From assembly GCF_006345805.1 (NCBI RefSeq), contig NC_042998.1:206522001-206586000 (forward strand): a stretch of DNA of 64,000 bases. The letters are read 5' to 3'. The position numbers and the translations under genes are program-made. Origin of the DNA: Octopus sinensis. Its lineage: Eukaryota. The notes below the pieces were generated by a model that did no database searches, was not told where the DNA came from, and saw only the letters and a list, made by a program, of their open reading frames with translations. The number at the start of each line of letters is the position of its first letter. Within the stretch, counting starts at the first letter, position 1. Shown here piece by piece: positions 12,941 through 24,867 of the stretch.

Positions 12941-13584
12941 CAGCTAGAGCAACATCAGTCAGAACCCCGAGTGAGAGTGAGGAGGTGAGAGAGTCTGAGA
13001 AATGAAAATGGGGACGCTACATCCTTGCATTGTGTTTCCTCCTCAATGTCAAATCTCTTGAAATGGAATCACACAAAAGACACTGGCAGCCATTCCGCAT
13101 TCGTTCCATTTATTTATTTATTTAGTTCCAATTTAAAAAAAAAACGGTGACTGCACCACCCCCTCTCCTTCCTCACCCTTAAACCCTCTCACTATTTCTC
13201 TCTCTCTCTCTCTCTCTCTCCACCACCCACCCCCGGCCTTGTGCCCTTTTCTTCAATCGTGACAACATGAGATTTGCTGTAAAAAAAAATGATTAGCTTC
13301 AACTGTAAAAATTGTTTATATTCTTTAATATTTTCAGTTTCTTTGAATGTTTCAAAGACACACACAAATTTACATCAGTGCATGTGTGTGTAAATATATA
13401 TACATACAAACACACGTAAATATACAATCATACACACACACATTCGTAAACATGTACATACATATACACAAATTTACATGAGTGTATGCGTGTGTACGTA
13501 AATATATATACATAAACAAACACACATAAATATTCATATATATACACACACATACAACTACACAGACACATGCATATACATACA

Positions 13585-14012
13585 TACGTAAAAGCACCAT
13601 CTGAGTGTGATCGTTGCCAGGGCCGCTGACTGGCTCCCGTTCTGGTGGCACATAAAATGCACCATTCGAGCGTGATCGTTGCCTTACTGGCACATGTGTT
13701 GGTGGCACGTGAGAAACAACATTTGAGCTCGGTCATTGCCAGTGCCGCAGGACTGGCTCCCGTGCAGGTGGCACATAAAAAACACCTTTTGAGCATGGTC
13801 GCTGCCAGTGCCGCTTGGCTGGCCCTCATGCCAGTAGCACATAATAGCACCCACTACACTCTCGGAGTGGTTGGCATTAGGAAAGGCATCCAGCTGTAGA
13901 AACTTTGCCAGATGAGATTGGAGCCTGGTGCAGCCTTCTGGATTTCCAGACCTCAGTCAAACCATCCAACCCATGCCAGCATGGAAAACAGACAATAAAC
14001 AACGATGATGAT
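13585..14012 (+). mobile_element. Family C element with about 4 internal repeats
   Basis: Repeated GGTGGCACATAAAA(A)..CACC units, then the common 3' body and GATGATGATG tail. Confidence 0.8.
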
Positions 14013-14051
14013 GATGAACACGTGCACCCATGAATGTTTCTCATTTCTTAC

Positions 14052-14169
14052 TCAGCCCTGATAAGGCCTTCACCCAAAAGGTCGATCTGCTTTTCCATTC
14101 TCACAACATTCAATTCACTGAGAGCAAATTTCTTAATGGTAACTTTTTTGTTTATATTTTGTCCACCAG
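14052..14169 (-). CDS. Candidate 118-bp internal coding exon, unidentified host gene
   Basis: Unique sequence; minus-strand AAAG| acceptor and |GTAAGA donor; one frame open (GGQNINKKVTIKKFALSELNVVRMEKQIDLLGEGLIRA); no homology recognised. Confidence 0.25.
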
Positions 14170-14435
14170 CTTTTGATGGGGAGCAAAATATTTACTTGTC
14201 TACATGTTATGTTCCACGGTGTCCAACTGTGCATAGTTAAGTTAAATTAAGTTAATTTTTTGGCTCAAAAAGCAAAGCCATGTAGGGGGACATGGAGTTA
14301 TGTACAGAGTGGTGTTCATGCAAAGAGTTCAGGCCATTTGTGGTCAAGGGAGACTTTGAACCAAGCAGTCGTCAGCATCTTCACTATCTTTAACTGCCCT
14401 CATTTCATTTCTGCTATTTTATTTATATATATATA

Positions 14436-14740
14436 TGCAGAAGTGGCAGTGTGGTAAGTAGCTTGCTTACCAACCACATGGTTCCGGGTTCAGTCCCACT
14501 GTGTGGCACCTTGGGCAAAGTCTTGTGAGTGGATTTGGTAGACAGAAACTGAAAAAAGCACATAGCATATATATATGTGTGTGTGTCTGTATTTGTCGCC
14601 CAACATCACTTGACAGCTGATGATGGTGTATTTACATCTCCGTAACTTAGCGGCTTGGCAAAAGAGACCAATAGAATAAGTACTCAACTAAAAGCCCCAG
14701 CATGGCTGCAGTCAAATGACTGAAACAAGTAAAAGAATAT
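14436..14740 (+). mobile_element. SINE family A
   Basis: GCAGAAGTGGCAGTGTGGTAAGTAGCTTGC...GGTTCAGTCCCAC...TGACTGAAACAAGTAAAAGAAT. Confidence 0.85.
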
Positions 14741-15265
14741 GTATCTCTCTCTCTCTCTCTCTCTATCTCCCTCTCTCTCTATCTCCCTCTCTCTTTCTCA
14801 CTCAATAGATAGACAGACAGACAGACGGATGGATGGATGGATGGACTGATATCATTTAATGCTCTCATTATAAAGGTAGTCTCTTGCTGTATAGACTTGT
14901 GTCTAGGCAGGTTTGCTTGGACACACAAAGTGTTTTATAAAACCTTGCCTAGACTCGTGTCCCCAATGCATGAAACTATTAGTACCTCGTATCTTTATTC
15001 GGAGTACCATTAAATGATATTCATCTCTCACTGGACGAAGTACCTTGTTGTTGATCTTACCTCAACGGAACATCCGTCTAAGATGACTCACTTCATGGAT
15101 AACTAAATTTCCAGTATTTTTCAACTCTTGTGCATACCCCACACAAATATGACATCTACATATAGATCTGAAATAAGCAGATGTGCTTCAAGAGGACACA
15201 GCTTGGATTTTAACCCTACCTTCATGCATACACACATATTATGTATGCATACATATTATATATGT

Positions 15266-15567
15266 GGAGGCGCAATGGCCCAGTGGTTAGGGCAGCGGAC
15301 TCGCGGTCGTAGGGTCGCGGTTTCGATTCCCAGACCGGGCGTTGTGTGTGTTTATTGAGCGAAAACACCTACAAGCTCCACGAGGCTCTGGCAGGGGGTG
15401 GTGGCAATCCCTGCTGTACTCTTTTGCCACAACTTTCCTCTTTCTTCTGTCGGCCTGCTCACTTAGCCAGCGGGGTGGCGTCCTTTGAAGGCTAAAACAA
15501 TGTGAAGCGCATTGTGACCAGCAATGTGTAGCAACATCTGATAGCCTGGTCGGTCACGGTGATCACA
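15266..15567 (+). mobile_element. SINE family D with tail type 1
   Basis: GAGGCGCAATGGCCCAGTGGTTAGGGCAGCGGACTCGCGG...GTTTCGATTCCC tRNA-like head; tail GAAGGCTAAAACAATG...GTGACCAGC shared with 21925-22204 and 46984-47255. Confidence 0.85.
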
Positions 15568-15941
15568 TATTATATATATGTGTTTTTTTTTGTCTTGCAA
15601 GGTACTTGGTGACCCTGTCAGTGTAGGTGCCACTTAAAAGCACCCAGTCCGCACTGTAAAGTGGTTGGTATTTGGAAAGGCATCCAGCTGTAAAAACCTT
15701 GCCAAAACTGACCTCGCCTGTGCTTGTGCCATGTAAAAAGCACTAAGTCCTCTCTGCTGAATGGTTGGTGTTAGGAAGGGCATCCAGCTGTAAGAATCCT
15801 GCCAAAACAGTCACAGAGGTCTGGTGCAAGCTTCTGCTGGCTGGCTCTTGTGAAACCATTCCACCCATGTTAACATGGAAGGCAGACGTTAAACGATAAT
15901 GATGATGACTGGAATCAATAATTAGAAGACAACTAGCATAA

Positions 15942-16335
15942 TCTCTCTCTATATAAAGCTGAAGTTGTCTGTGTATGGCAGGTTTGGTAGCCTTCAACTA
16001 ACACTATATCCTCCGAGACCCTGCGGCGCAAGTTAACCAAAATTAAGAGTATGATAGAAAAAGGCTTGCTCTTCCTTCCGTAGAAGATAAAATTCAAATG
16101 GGACCATGTTAACACCAAAAATTATTTACATCAAAAAGGTGCTTTTTTTTCTATGAAAATCCCTATTTTTTAACGATTTTTTTACTGCTGTGTCACCATT
16201 TTTCGGTGTATTTTGACCTGAAAAATGTTCACTCAAAGAGAATAACAAGCTACATAATGCAAAATTTTTACTTTTCAAAAATTCCAATTCTAAAGGGTTG
16301 AAACAAACCCGAGCAACGCCGGGCGATACTGCTAG
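15942..16335 (+). mobile_element. Non-autonomous Helitron (394 bp)
   Basis: A|TC 5' end (TCTCTCTCTATATAAAG), subterminal hairpin CCCGAGCAACGCCGGG at 16308-16323, 3' CTAG|T at 16332-16336. Confidence 0.85.
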
Positions 16336-17363
16336 TAACTCTATAGTTCTTAGTCTATTTCCACTGCTGTAACGATGGAAGCTGTAATAGTCAGCCGTAA
16401 AATAAGAGATAAGTAGTAACGAAGAAAGCTACAATTTACTTAAAAATCGTCAAACATGTTCTGAACGCAAACAGATCAATGAATAGAGATGTGTTTAAAT
16501 ATATTAAACAGTTTTAGTGTCTTTTATCCAACAAGAATAATCTTGTGGTTTGACAAATGAACAGCTTATAAACATCGCTGAATGGAAACAGGAAGATCTT
16601 CGACAAATGGTTTACAGGAAGTTGGAACGAGACCGGAAATCAGCCAGTTCTGAACAATAAGCAAATGAATAAATATATAAAACAACCGATTCTTATATTT
16701 GTCTTGTTAATACGTATCTTTGGACGAAGACATTTAGCAGATTAGCTGTTTGGATATAAAGAGACAGTTTGAGGAATCGATTCCAAGTTGGTCTGTAAAT
16801 GGTGCCATTGTTGTGTGTCTGCAAGAATTAGCCAAAGCTAAAAATAGCTTCTTCTGAAAGGAAATGCTTACTGCAACAATCCCAGAAAAATAAAAGACAA
16901 AATGGACATTGGTCAGTTTTGGATTTGGATTAAGATCAAAGAGCAGTTTGAATTAATGTATTCACTGGAGATGGCGCCACATGTAAAGCACCCAGTACAT
17001 TCTGTAAAATGGTTGGCATTAGGAAGAGCATCCAACTGTAGACACCATGCCACAACAGACAAACGGAACCTGGTGCAGCCCTCCAGCCTTGGCAGTTTCT
17101 ACCAAACCATCCAACCCATGCAGTTTTGGAAAAGGACGTTAAATGATGATGATGAGGAGGAGGAGGAGATAATAACAGAGCCTTTATATTGTTACTGGGT
17201 ATTTAGAAATAGCAGCAGAATGTCTTTAATAACCTCACCCAAACAATTTAAAATAGAAAGCAAAAAAGAAAAAAAGGGGTGAAACACATTTTGGGTAAAA
17301 ATCCTAACCTTACACAATGTGAAAGCCAAATCTTTCCTCAAAAAGTTCCTTACTCTCTTTAAC

Positions 17364-17649
17364 TCTTCCAGATTTACATTATTTACATTTGACGGATATT
17401 TGTCCTCATCTTGTTTGTTGTTAACACAACGTCTCGGCTGATATACCCTCCAGCCTTCATCAGGTGTCTTGGGGAAATTTCAAACCTAACCTGGGTTCTC
17501 ATTCCCCAAGACACCTGATGAAGGCTGGAGGGTATATCAGCCGAGACGTTGTGTTAACAACAAACAAGATGAGGACAAATATCCGTCAAATGTAAATAAC
17601 ATAAGCAATTCCTTATCTCTTAAATACAGAACTGTGTCTTCCGGATTTA
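17364..17649. mobile_element. Fold-back HHR retroposon (family ii), locus 1
   Basis: Inverted arms each carry CTGATGAAGGCTGGAGGGTATATCAGCCGAGACGTT; 13-bp TSD TCTTCC(A/G)GATTTA at 17364-17376 and 17637-17649. Confidence 0.85.
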
Positions 17650-17744
17650 AACTGACCATATCCAGCCGATATATTCTACTTGACCTCTCACACCTACCCT
17701 ACAATGCCATTCGAAAAATAATCTGTTTTAAATAATGATATATA

Positions 17745-18120
17745 TTCTTTTCTACTCTAGGCACAAGACCCAAAATTTTTGAGGAGGGGGGGGTCAGTCG
17801 ATTAGATCGACCCCAGTATGCAACTGGTACTTAATTTATCGACCCCAAAAGGATGAAAGGCAATGTTGACCTCAGCAGAATTTGAACTCAGAACGTAAAG
17901 ACAGATGAAATACCTATTTCTTTACTACCCACAAGGGGCTAAACACAGAGGGGACAAGCAAGGACAGACCCAGTGCATAACTGGTACTTAATTTATCGAC
18001 CCCAAAAAGATGAAAGGCAGAGTCGACCGTGGCGAAATTTGAACTCAGAACGCAGTGGCAGACGAAATACGGCTACGCATTTCGCCCGGCATGCTAATGA
18101 TTCTGCCAGCTCACCGCCTT
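17745..18120 (-). mobile_element. SINE family B dimer
   Basis: Two family B bodies joined by the TTTCTTTACTACCCACAAGGGGCTAAACACAGAGGGGACAA linker. Confidence 0.85.
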
Positions 18121-18374
18121 ACAGATGATAAAATATAAATGCAATTAACATCATCAGCACTTAATGTGCTTTCTATGCTGGTATGGGTTGGATGGTTTGA
18201 CAGGAGCTGGCTGGGTAGAAGACTGCACCAGGCTTTAGTATCTGTTTTGGCAGGGTTTTTACAGCTGGGTGCCCTTACTAACACCAATCACTCCAAAGAG
18301 TGGCAACCACCCAAGAAAGTATTGTTTTTTATTGCATTCACAATATATCTTTAATACATGGACTTATATATATA

Positions 18375-18413
<39 letters not shown>

Positions 18414-18504
18414 TAAAAGTGTGTGTGAGTGTGATATATATACACATAAAAGTGTGTGCGAGCGTGTGTGTATATGTGTGTGTGTGATATAGATACACAT
18501 AAAA

Positions 18505-18535
<31 letters not shown>

Positions 18536-19099
18536 AGTGTGTGATATAGATACACATAAGTGTGCGCGTGTGTATATGTGTGTGTGTGATATAGATACAC
18601 ATAAAAGTGTGTGTGTGTTAGCCTAGGCCAATTTTTATTGAATTTGTATAAATGAAGATTTCGAGAAGAATGAGAGGAATCGATATTAATTCAAACTTGT
18701 CTGATATGTGGCTGGATACACACACACACATCAATGGCTCTGTTGTGCCGATGTATAAATGGCATGTATTAATATTACAGCTGTTGAGAGAAACACACAC
18801 ACACACACACACACAACACAACTGTATACATATACTCGCATACACACACACACACAATAACATACACACAATTACACATACATTTATGTACACACACCTA
18901 CACCCATACACACACTTTATCGTTTTAATATCCACTCTTCAGTGGTTGCGTGGATCGGAGTCTATTGGTGCAGACGGTTCTGTAGCCGGATGCCTTTCCT
19001 GTGGCCAACCGACATCTGTTTCCAAGCAAGGAATGTTTCCTCTGTGGTTAGTGATGTATCCGTGGAGAATTGGAAATGAATGCATGGACAGATAGAAAG

Positions 19100-19630
19100 A
19101 CAGTGATATGTAGACTGACAGGTAGACAGGGATAGAGACAGACAGGTAGACAGATGGATAGAGACAGACAGGTAGACAGATGGATAGAGACAGACAGGTA
19201 GACAGATGGATAGAGACAGACAGGTAGACAGATAGACAGACAAACAGACATACAGACGGTATGACTGACAGAATGAATGACAGATATGCAGAAAGATAGA
19301 CAGATAGATAGACAGAAAGATAGATAGACAGAAAGATAGACAAATAGATAGACAAAGATAGACAGATAGATAGACAGAAAGATAGACAAATAGATAGACA
19401 AAAAGATAGACAAATAGATAGACAGAAAGATAGACAAATAGATAGACAGAAAGATAGACAGAAAGATAGACAGAAAGATAGACAGAAAGATAGACAGAAA
19501 GATAGACAGAAAGATAGACAGATAGATAGACAGATAGATAGACAGATAGATAGACAGATAGATAGACAGATAGATAGACAGATAGATAAATAGCTAGACA
19601 GTGATATAGATGTACAGATAGATAGACAGG
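19100..19630. repeat. (GATA)/(GACA) compound tetranucleotide microsatellite
   Basis: Direct reading. Confidence 0.95.
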
Positions 19631-19980
19631 TTGACAGACATCTAGCCATGCAGATAGCAGGCGAGCTGTCTAGTTAGACCGACAGACAGACGAGGGCAGA
19701 TTGAATGTAGACAGACAGACGCAGTATATAGAAAGAGAGTGACTGACAAACGGACAGAATGGCTTTGATGTGTTACAATTGAGAGTTACATAAAAAAAGA
19801 ATATGTACGGAGAGTGTTGTGTGTAAAACACGTGACAATGTTATGGTGGAACAACAATCAGCTGGTCTACCCAGCCAGACAATAAGGGTGGATGGCTTAC
19901 AGTTGAAATGCAGTAGCGAATGTCGTCGTCACATGGTTACTGTTACATATATATATATATATATATGAAACTATAAATTA

Positions 19981-20640
19981 GGGTATCTGAGAGATGCCAC
20001 CACGCTGGAAATAGCAGTGAAACCCAGACCCTAAAGCCACCTTAAATACTCTTTTACTTGTTTCAGTCATTTGACTGCGGCCATGCTGGAGCACCGCCTT
20101 TAGTCGAGCAAATCGACCCCAGGACTTATTCTTTGTAAGCCCAGTACTTATTCTATCGGTTTCTTTTGCCGAACCGCTAAGTGACGGGGACGTAAACACA
20201 CCAGCATCGGTTGTCAAGCAATGCTAGGGGGACAAGCACAGACACACAAACACACAATCACATATAATATATATATCATATATACGACAGGCTTCTTCAG
20301 TTTCCCTCTACCAATCCACTCACAGGCATTGGTCGGTCTGGGGCTATAGTAGAAGACACTTGCCCAAGATGCCACGCAGTGGGACTGAACCCGGAACCAT
20401 GTGGTTGGTAATCAAGCTACTTACCACACAGCCACTCCTGCGCCTAAATGATCATATAGCACCAGGAGGGCAGACAGAGAGACAAAATATACCAGCAAAA
20501 AGAGTAAAATCCAGTAAAATTTTTCTTGCTAGTTTAATTTGTCTCTCTGTCTACTCTCCTGGTGCTATATGAACATTTAAGGTGGCTTTAGGGTCTGGTT
20601 TTGACTGCTATTTCAGCGTGGTGGCATCTCTCAGATACCC
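19981..20640. mobile_element. Fold-back MITE with about 105-bp arms, TA-flanked, interrupted by a SINE A
   Basis: TA|GGGTATCTGAGAGATGCCACCACGCTG...CAGCGTGGTGGCATCTCTCAGATACCC|TA; the left arm resumes after the SINE as GATCATATAGCACCAGGAG, mirrored by CTCCTGGTGCTATATGAAC. Confidence 0.85.
20048..20444 (-). mobile_element. SINE family A, full length, nested in a MITE
   Basis: Complete head and tail; short TSD TAAAT at 20043-20047 and 20445-20449. Confidence 0.9.
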
Positions 20641-20892
20641 TAATTTAAAATTCTAAATTTTTACCTTTGTAAGGTTTTTATTCCCATGCTGGCCACTTGA
20701 TAAGATCGATATTTAAAGATCGATCTTATCCTTATATATATATTTCTAGCCTATTTATGTAGCTATAGAGAGAGGTGGGAGGAAACAGCGTGTTATACGT
20801 ATATATGTGTACGTGTGTGTATACACACACTCATAGTTATAGTAGCTATGTATATTAGCCTATGTACAAGGCAATAACATTAGTAATAAAAG

Positions 20893-21313
20893 GGGCGGCG
20901 AGCTGGCAGAAACGTTAGCACCCCGGGCGAAATGCTTAGCCGTATTTTGTCTGCCGTTACGTTCTGAGTTCAAATTCTGCCGAGGTCGACTTTGCCTTTC
21001 ATCCTTTCGGGGTCGATTAAATAAGTACCAGTTACGCACTGGAGTCGATGTAATCGACTTAATCCCTTTGTCTGTCCTTGTTTGTCCCCTCTGTGTGTAC
21101 CCTTGTGGGTAATAAAGAAATAGAAATAGGTATTTCGTCTGCTGTTACGTTCTGAGTTAAAATTTCGCCAAGGTCGACTTTGCCTTTCATCCTTTCGAGG
21201 AGCGATAAATTAAGTACCAGTTACGCACTGGGGTCGATGTAATCGACTTAATCCCTTTGACTGTACTTGTTTGTCCCCTCTGTGTTTAGTCCCTTGTGAG
21301 CAATAAAGAAATA
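20893..21313 (+). mobile_element. SINE family B dimer inserted as one unit
   Basis: GGCGGCGAGCTGGCAGAAACGTTAGC head, two bodies, 17-bp TSD AATAACATTAGT(A/T)ATAA at 20873-20889 and 21314-21330. The body motif GTCGACTTTGCCTTTCATCCTTTCGGGGTCGATAAATTAAGTACCAG resembles the Meta domain as recalled. Confidence 0.9.
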
Positions 21314-21924
21314 AATAACATTAGTTATAACGTGTATTTTTTTTGTGTGTGGGGAGGGTCATTCTCTTTTAGTCCCTTACTACTGAACACACACACCGGT
21401 TCGATTTCCACTCATTTACGAAATGAAAATTTCAGAAAAAACAGATAAAATATGCTTCAACACACGAATTCACATAAAGAATCTTGCAAACCAAATCCCA
21501 AAACGAAATAGTGTATGTATACGGTTATGTATGTTTGTGCCTGTATAGAGCTTTGTTCCTAACGGCCATCTTTCTTCCTTTCTCTCCGTTGTTTGTCTCC
21601 TGTCCTAGCTCGATTTACGCGTTCACCACCAAAACCTCGTTTAGGCTTAGCAGCCCTTCCTGTTTGTTTTCACTGCCCTGTTTGTGTTACCTATTTTGAC
21701 CCTCCGCAAAATCCCAAATTTTATTCAATTTGCTCTGCGGGAGCAACTGTTTTATCGAAAGCGTATATTGTTGTTAAATGCTCGAAATACGAGACTAGAA
21801 AAAAACATCCAACAACTGGGTCGTTTCTTCTTTTGTTTGTCTTGTTTTCCATTTGTGTCTTCTGTTGTTCGGAAAGAATAGTTCATGCTTCGTACTTTTT
21901 TGTTGTACACGTTTCGTGACGCCC

Positions 21925-22204
21925 TGTGCCCATATATATCACGTCATCACGTGACCGACCAGTCCATCAGATGTAGTTACACATCGCTGGTCACAATGCG
22001 TTCGCATTGTTTTAGCCTTCGAATGACGAAAGAGTGGAGAAAGAGTGGTGAAAGAGTACAGCAGGGATCACCACCCCCTGCCGGAGCCTCGTGGAGCTTT
22101 TAGGTGTTTTCGCTCAATAAACACTCACAACGCCCGGTCTGGGAATCGAAACCGCGATACTACGGCCGCGAGTCCGCTACCCTAACCACTAGGCCATTGC
22201 GGCC
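21925..22204 (-). mobile_element. SINE family D, tail type 1
   Basis: Reverse complement of the 15266-15567 type. Confidence 0.85.
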
Positions 22205-22205
22205 C

Positions 22206-22355
<150 letters not shown>

Positions 22356-22358
22356 ATA

Positions 22359-22414
<56 letters not shown>

Positions 22415-22456
22415 TATATATATATAATATAGATATAATATATATATATATATAAC

Positions 22457-24867
22457 AAAACATTATTGGTGAATTGAAGAAATGGATCTGAACGCAGATT
22501 GAACAGAAATCGTTTTATTCGTTCTACACGTGTTTCGAAAGGCACAAATTACCAAATCAATCCGATTGAATAATGGGACCATATTGTGTCTTTCTCTTCT
22601 CTTCAGGAAAAACAAGGAAATCCGTTGGAAAACAAAAACAGAACAGAGGCGGAGCAAAAAACAAATCGAACTGTGCTCCTAAGAGCCCATGGCGAAACTG
22701 TTTATCAGTGTATGTTGAGAACGGTGGCTGAAGAATTCAACGGGTCAGCATCGGTCTAACATTGTCTGGCTTGTCCGCCAGTGCCGATATTTTTATGCCG
22801 AAAGCGGAATTTTATAACGCCGCACTATCCAAGCCGTTATAGGCAGAAGTAATTTATATTGATCGGCCCTTCCGATGCCATCATTCGGTCACAGGATAGG
22901 GCCGTATATAATAACATTAACATTTAAGTAAGACGGGAGCGCGGCGGATGCCGGGGTAGTCGCTCCCGCATTTAATTTAGCGAACAAGGATAATTATCGG
23001 TCCGGGAAGTCTTACACTAACCCAAGACCCGTTATTCATCCGAGAATCACCCACCCGAATGCGAGAGCTGGCGTCCCGACCCATCACACTGATAGGAATA
23101 AGCATATATGGTTTGTAATCCCCTTTGGTAAAGCAGATTAGAACTAACCTCCCCCTCATGTTTAGACAAGCCATCGCCAATAACTTCCCCAGAAATTCCA
23201 AATTTACTCCACGGTTAACTCACATAAAGTGTAGGATAGCTTCTCCAACACTAAAAACCTCGCCCAGATAATCGCCTCCCATAATAATAAGGCTACTTAC
23301 TAAGACCCTATCACCCTTTTCCCGGAGGCACAGCCTCTTCCGCTCCCGGTTTAATGCTCAGTAGGAATAATTATAGTAGTAATAATGATATGAAGCCAGT
23401 ACAGTGACACATAATCTCAGCTCCAGCCAGGGAGTACCCACTAGGGGTATAGTTATAAATAGGGGTGTTGTGGTTGACGGTAATAATGGGAGTAGGGTAG
23501 AGAGCCCCATTAGCATCCCCAGCATCATTTCCCGCAATAAGGCAGTACCACGGGCAGTAGCAATGACAGCACTCTGATAGATAGTGGAGAATCAGGTGGT
23601 TATTCCTATAGTTAATAGTGACGTAGTGGAAAATAGAGTAGTAAGCGGCTGCAGGTCTCGGAACGAATATAGTGACAGGAACGCAGTTCTAATTTCAGAA
23701 ACTAATCCTAGCAGATTAAGATTCACGTCGGCGAACTCCAAGATCAAAAAACGCCGTCTACCAATGCAAGGTTTACACGGACTCAGATGCCTTCACTTAT
23801 GTAGGGGCATCATCCTCAAGATTGTCTTTGCGTGTCCTCCACCATTACGCACTTTTCGGGACGTGAACAAGCGCCAGACCACGGGACTCAGTAAGCTAAT
23901 ATGGCGACTGAAGGATGCGAACTTAAGCTATAGGCTGGAATGGTCAATTTTGTCGGTGGCCCTCCCATTGATAGGGGCAGAAGACAGTGCACACCTTGTG
24001 TCTCCGAACTTTCCATATTTTGTTTGCCAGAGGCCGGATGGTAAACGGGCTCTTACAGTCGGCTTTTCGATGCCCCCATTGGCGGCGTTACACTTATCTG
24101 GCCTTTAAATAGCGTTTATAAAATAATACCGGCACCCATAGCCTTGGTAACAAATTCTGAAATAGCCTTTAAGATATCTCATTAACCACTGCAAGGGGAA
24201 TTACTCCTGTAAGACAAACGGGGCTTGGTTTTCTCACAGAGCGGGGGGTTTCCTTGACAAGGCAGGCTTAGATGAACACACACACATAAAACATAATATA
24301 TATATATTTTTTTTATTTTTTTCTTTCTTTCTGCCACCCAACGGTTATCACGGCAGTAGCCCCTGACAGCCGAACGATCAAACCTAACCACACACGTACA
24401 CAAAAAATTTTCTACCCCTACGCCAACACAGACACATATATAGAACAGTATACACACACACGTCTCTAAGTAGATTTTTCCTCGCCCCTTATAAAACATC
24501 CAATATTCCTTAAATAGTCAGAACTTTATTCTCGTCACAAGAACATCTATACCCCTCACCCACATGATTGACCGATGCCTTGACCCGTTAATTCTTCAGC
24601 CACGTTTCTCAACATACACTGATAAACAGTTTCGCCATGGGCTCTTAGGAGCACAGTTCGATTTGTTTTTTGCTCCGCCTCTGTTCTGTTTTTTGTTTTT
24701 CCAACGGATTTCCTTTTTTTCTTCCTGAAGAGAAAGACACAATATGGTCCCATTATTCAATCGGATTTTGGTAATTTGTGCCTTTCGAAACACGTGTAGA
24801 ATGAAATAAAACGATTTCTGTTCAATCTGCGTTCAGCTCCATTTCTTCAATTCACCAATAATGTTTT
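22457..24867 (+). mobile_element. Degenerate Penelope-like element (Penelope/Poseidon-type) with inverted 5' pLTR
   Basis: About 300-bp inverted repeats at 22457-22756 and 24570-24867. Frameshifted interior: IWFVIPFGKA.RTNL...FPRNSKF.....SFSNTKNLAQIIASHNNK (post-RT motifs); NAVYQCKVYTDSDAFTYVG (GIY-YIG) from 23750; TTGLSKLIWRLKDANLSYRLEWSIL; RQCTPCVSE. Confidence 0.9.
24714..24806 (+). ncRNA. Type I hammerhead ribozyme motif in the PLE 3' pLTR
   Basis: CTGAAGA (24725-24731), stem II GAAAGACACA/TGTGCCTTTC around a long loop, GAAAC-ACGT-GTA (predicted cleavage after 24798), stem I TTTTCTTC/GAATGAAA. Confidence 0.75.

Noticed and set aside
15266-15340. tRNA-like sequences at SINE A, B, D and G heads
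   Set aside because: They continue into SINE bodies and lack complete acceptor stems; not tRNA genes.
16380-16900. Possible pogo/Tigger DDE transposase remnant (RKIFDKWF; AVFG..KRQF-like)
   Set aside because: Motifs are too degraded and scattered across frames to support a call without a profile search.
20699-20730. 12-bp inverted repeat GATAAGATCGAT/ATCGATCTTATC
   Set aside because: Short, isolated and AT-rich; no further structure or copies seen.
21720-21800. Possible hammerhead relic (GAGCA...TGCTC-GAAA), similar at 9480-9530
   Set aside because: CTGANGA core not intact in either copy; a genome consensus would be needed.
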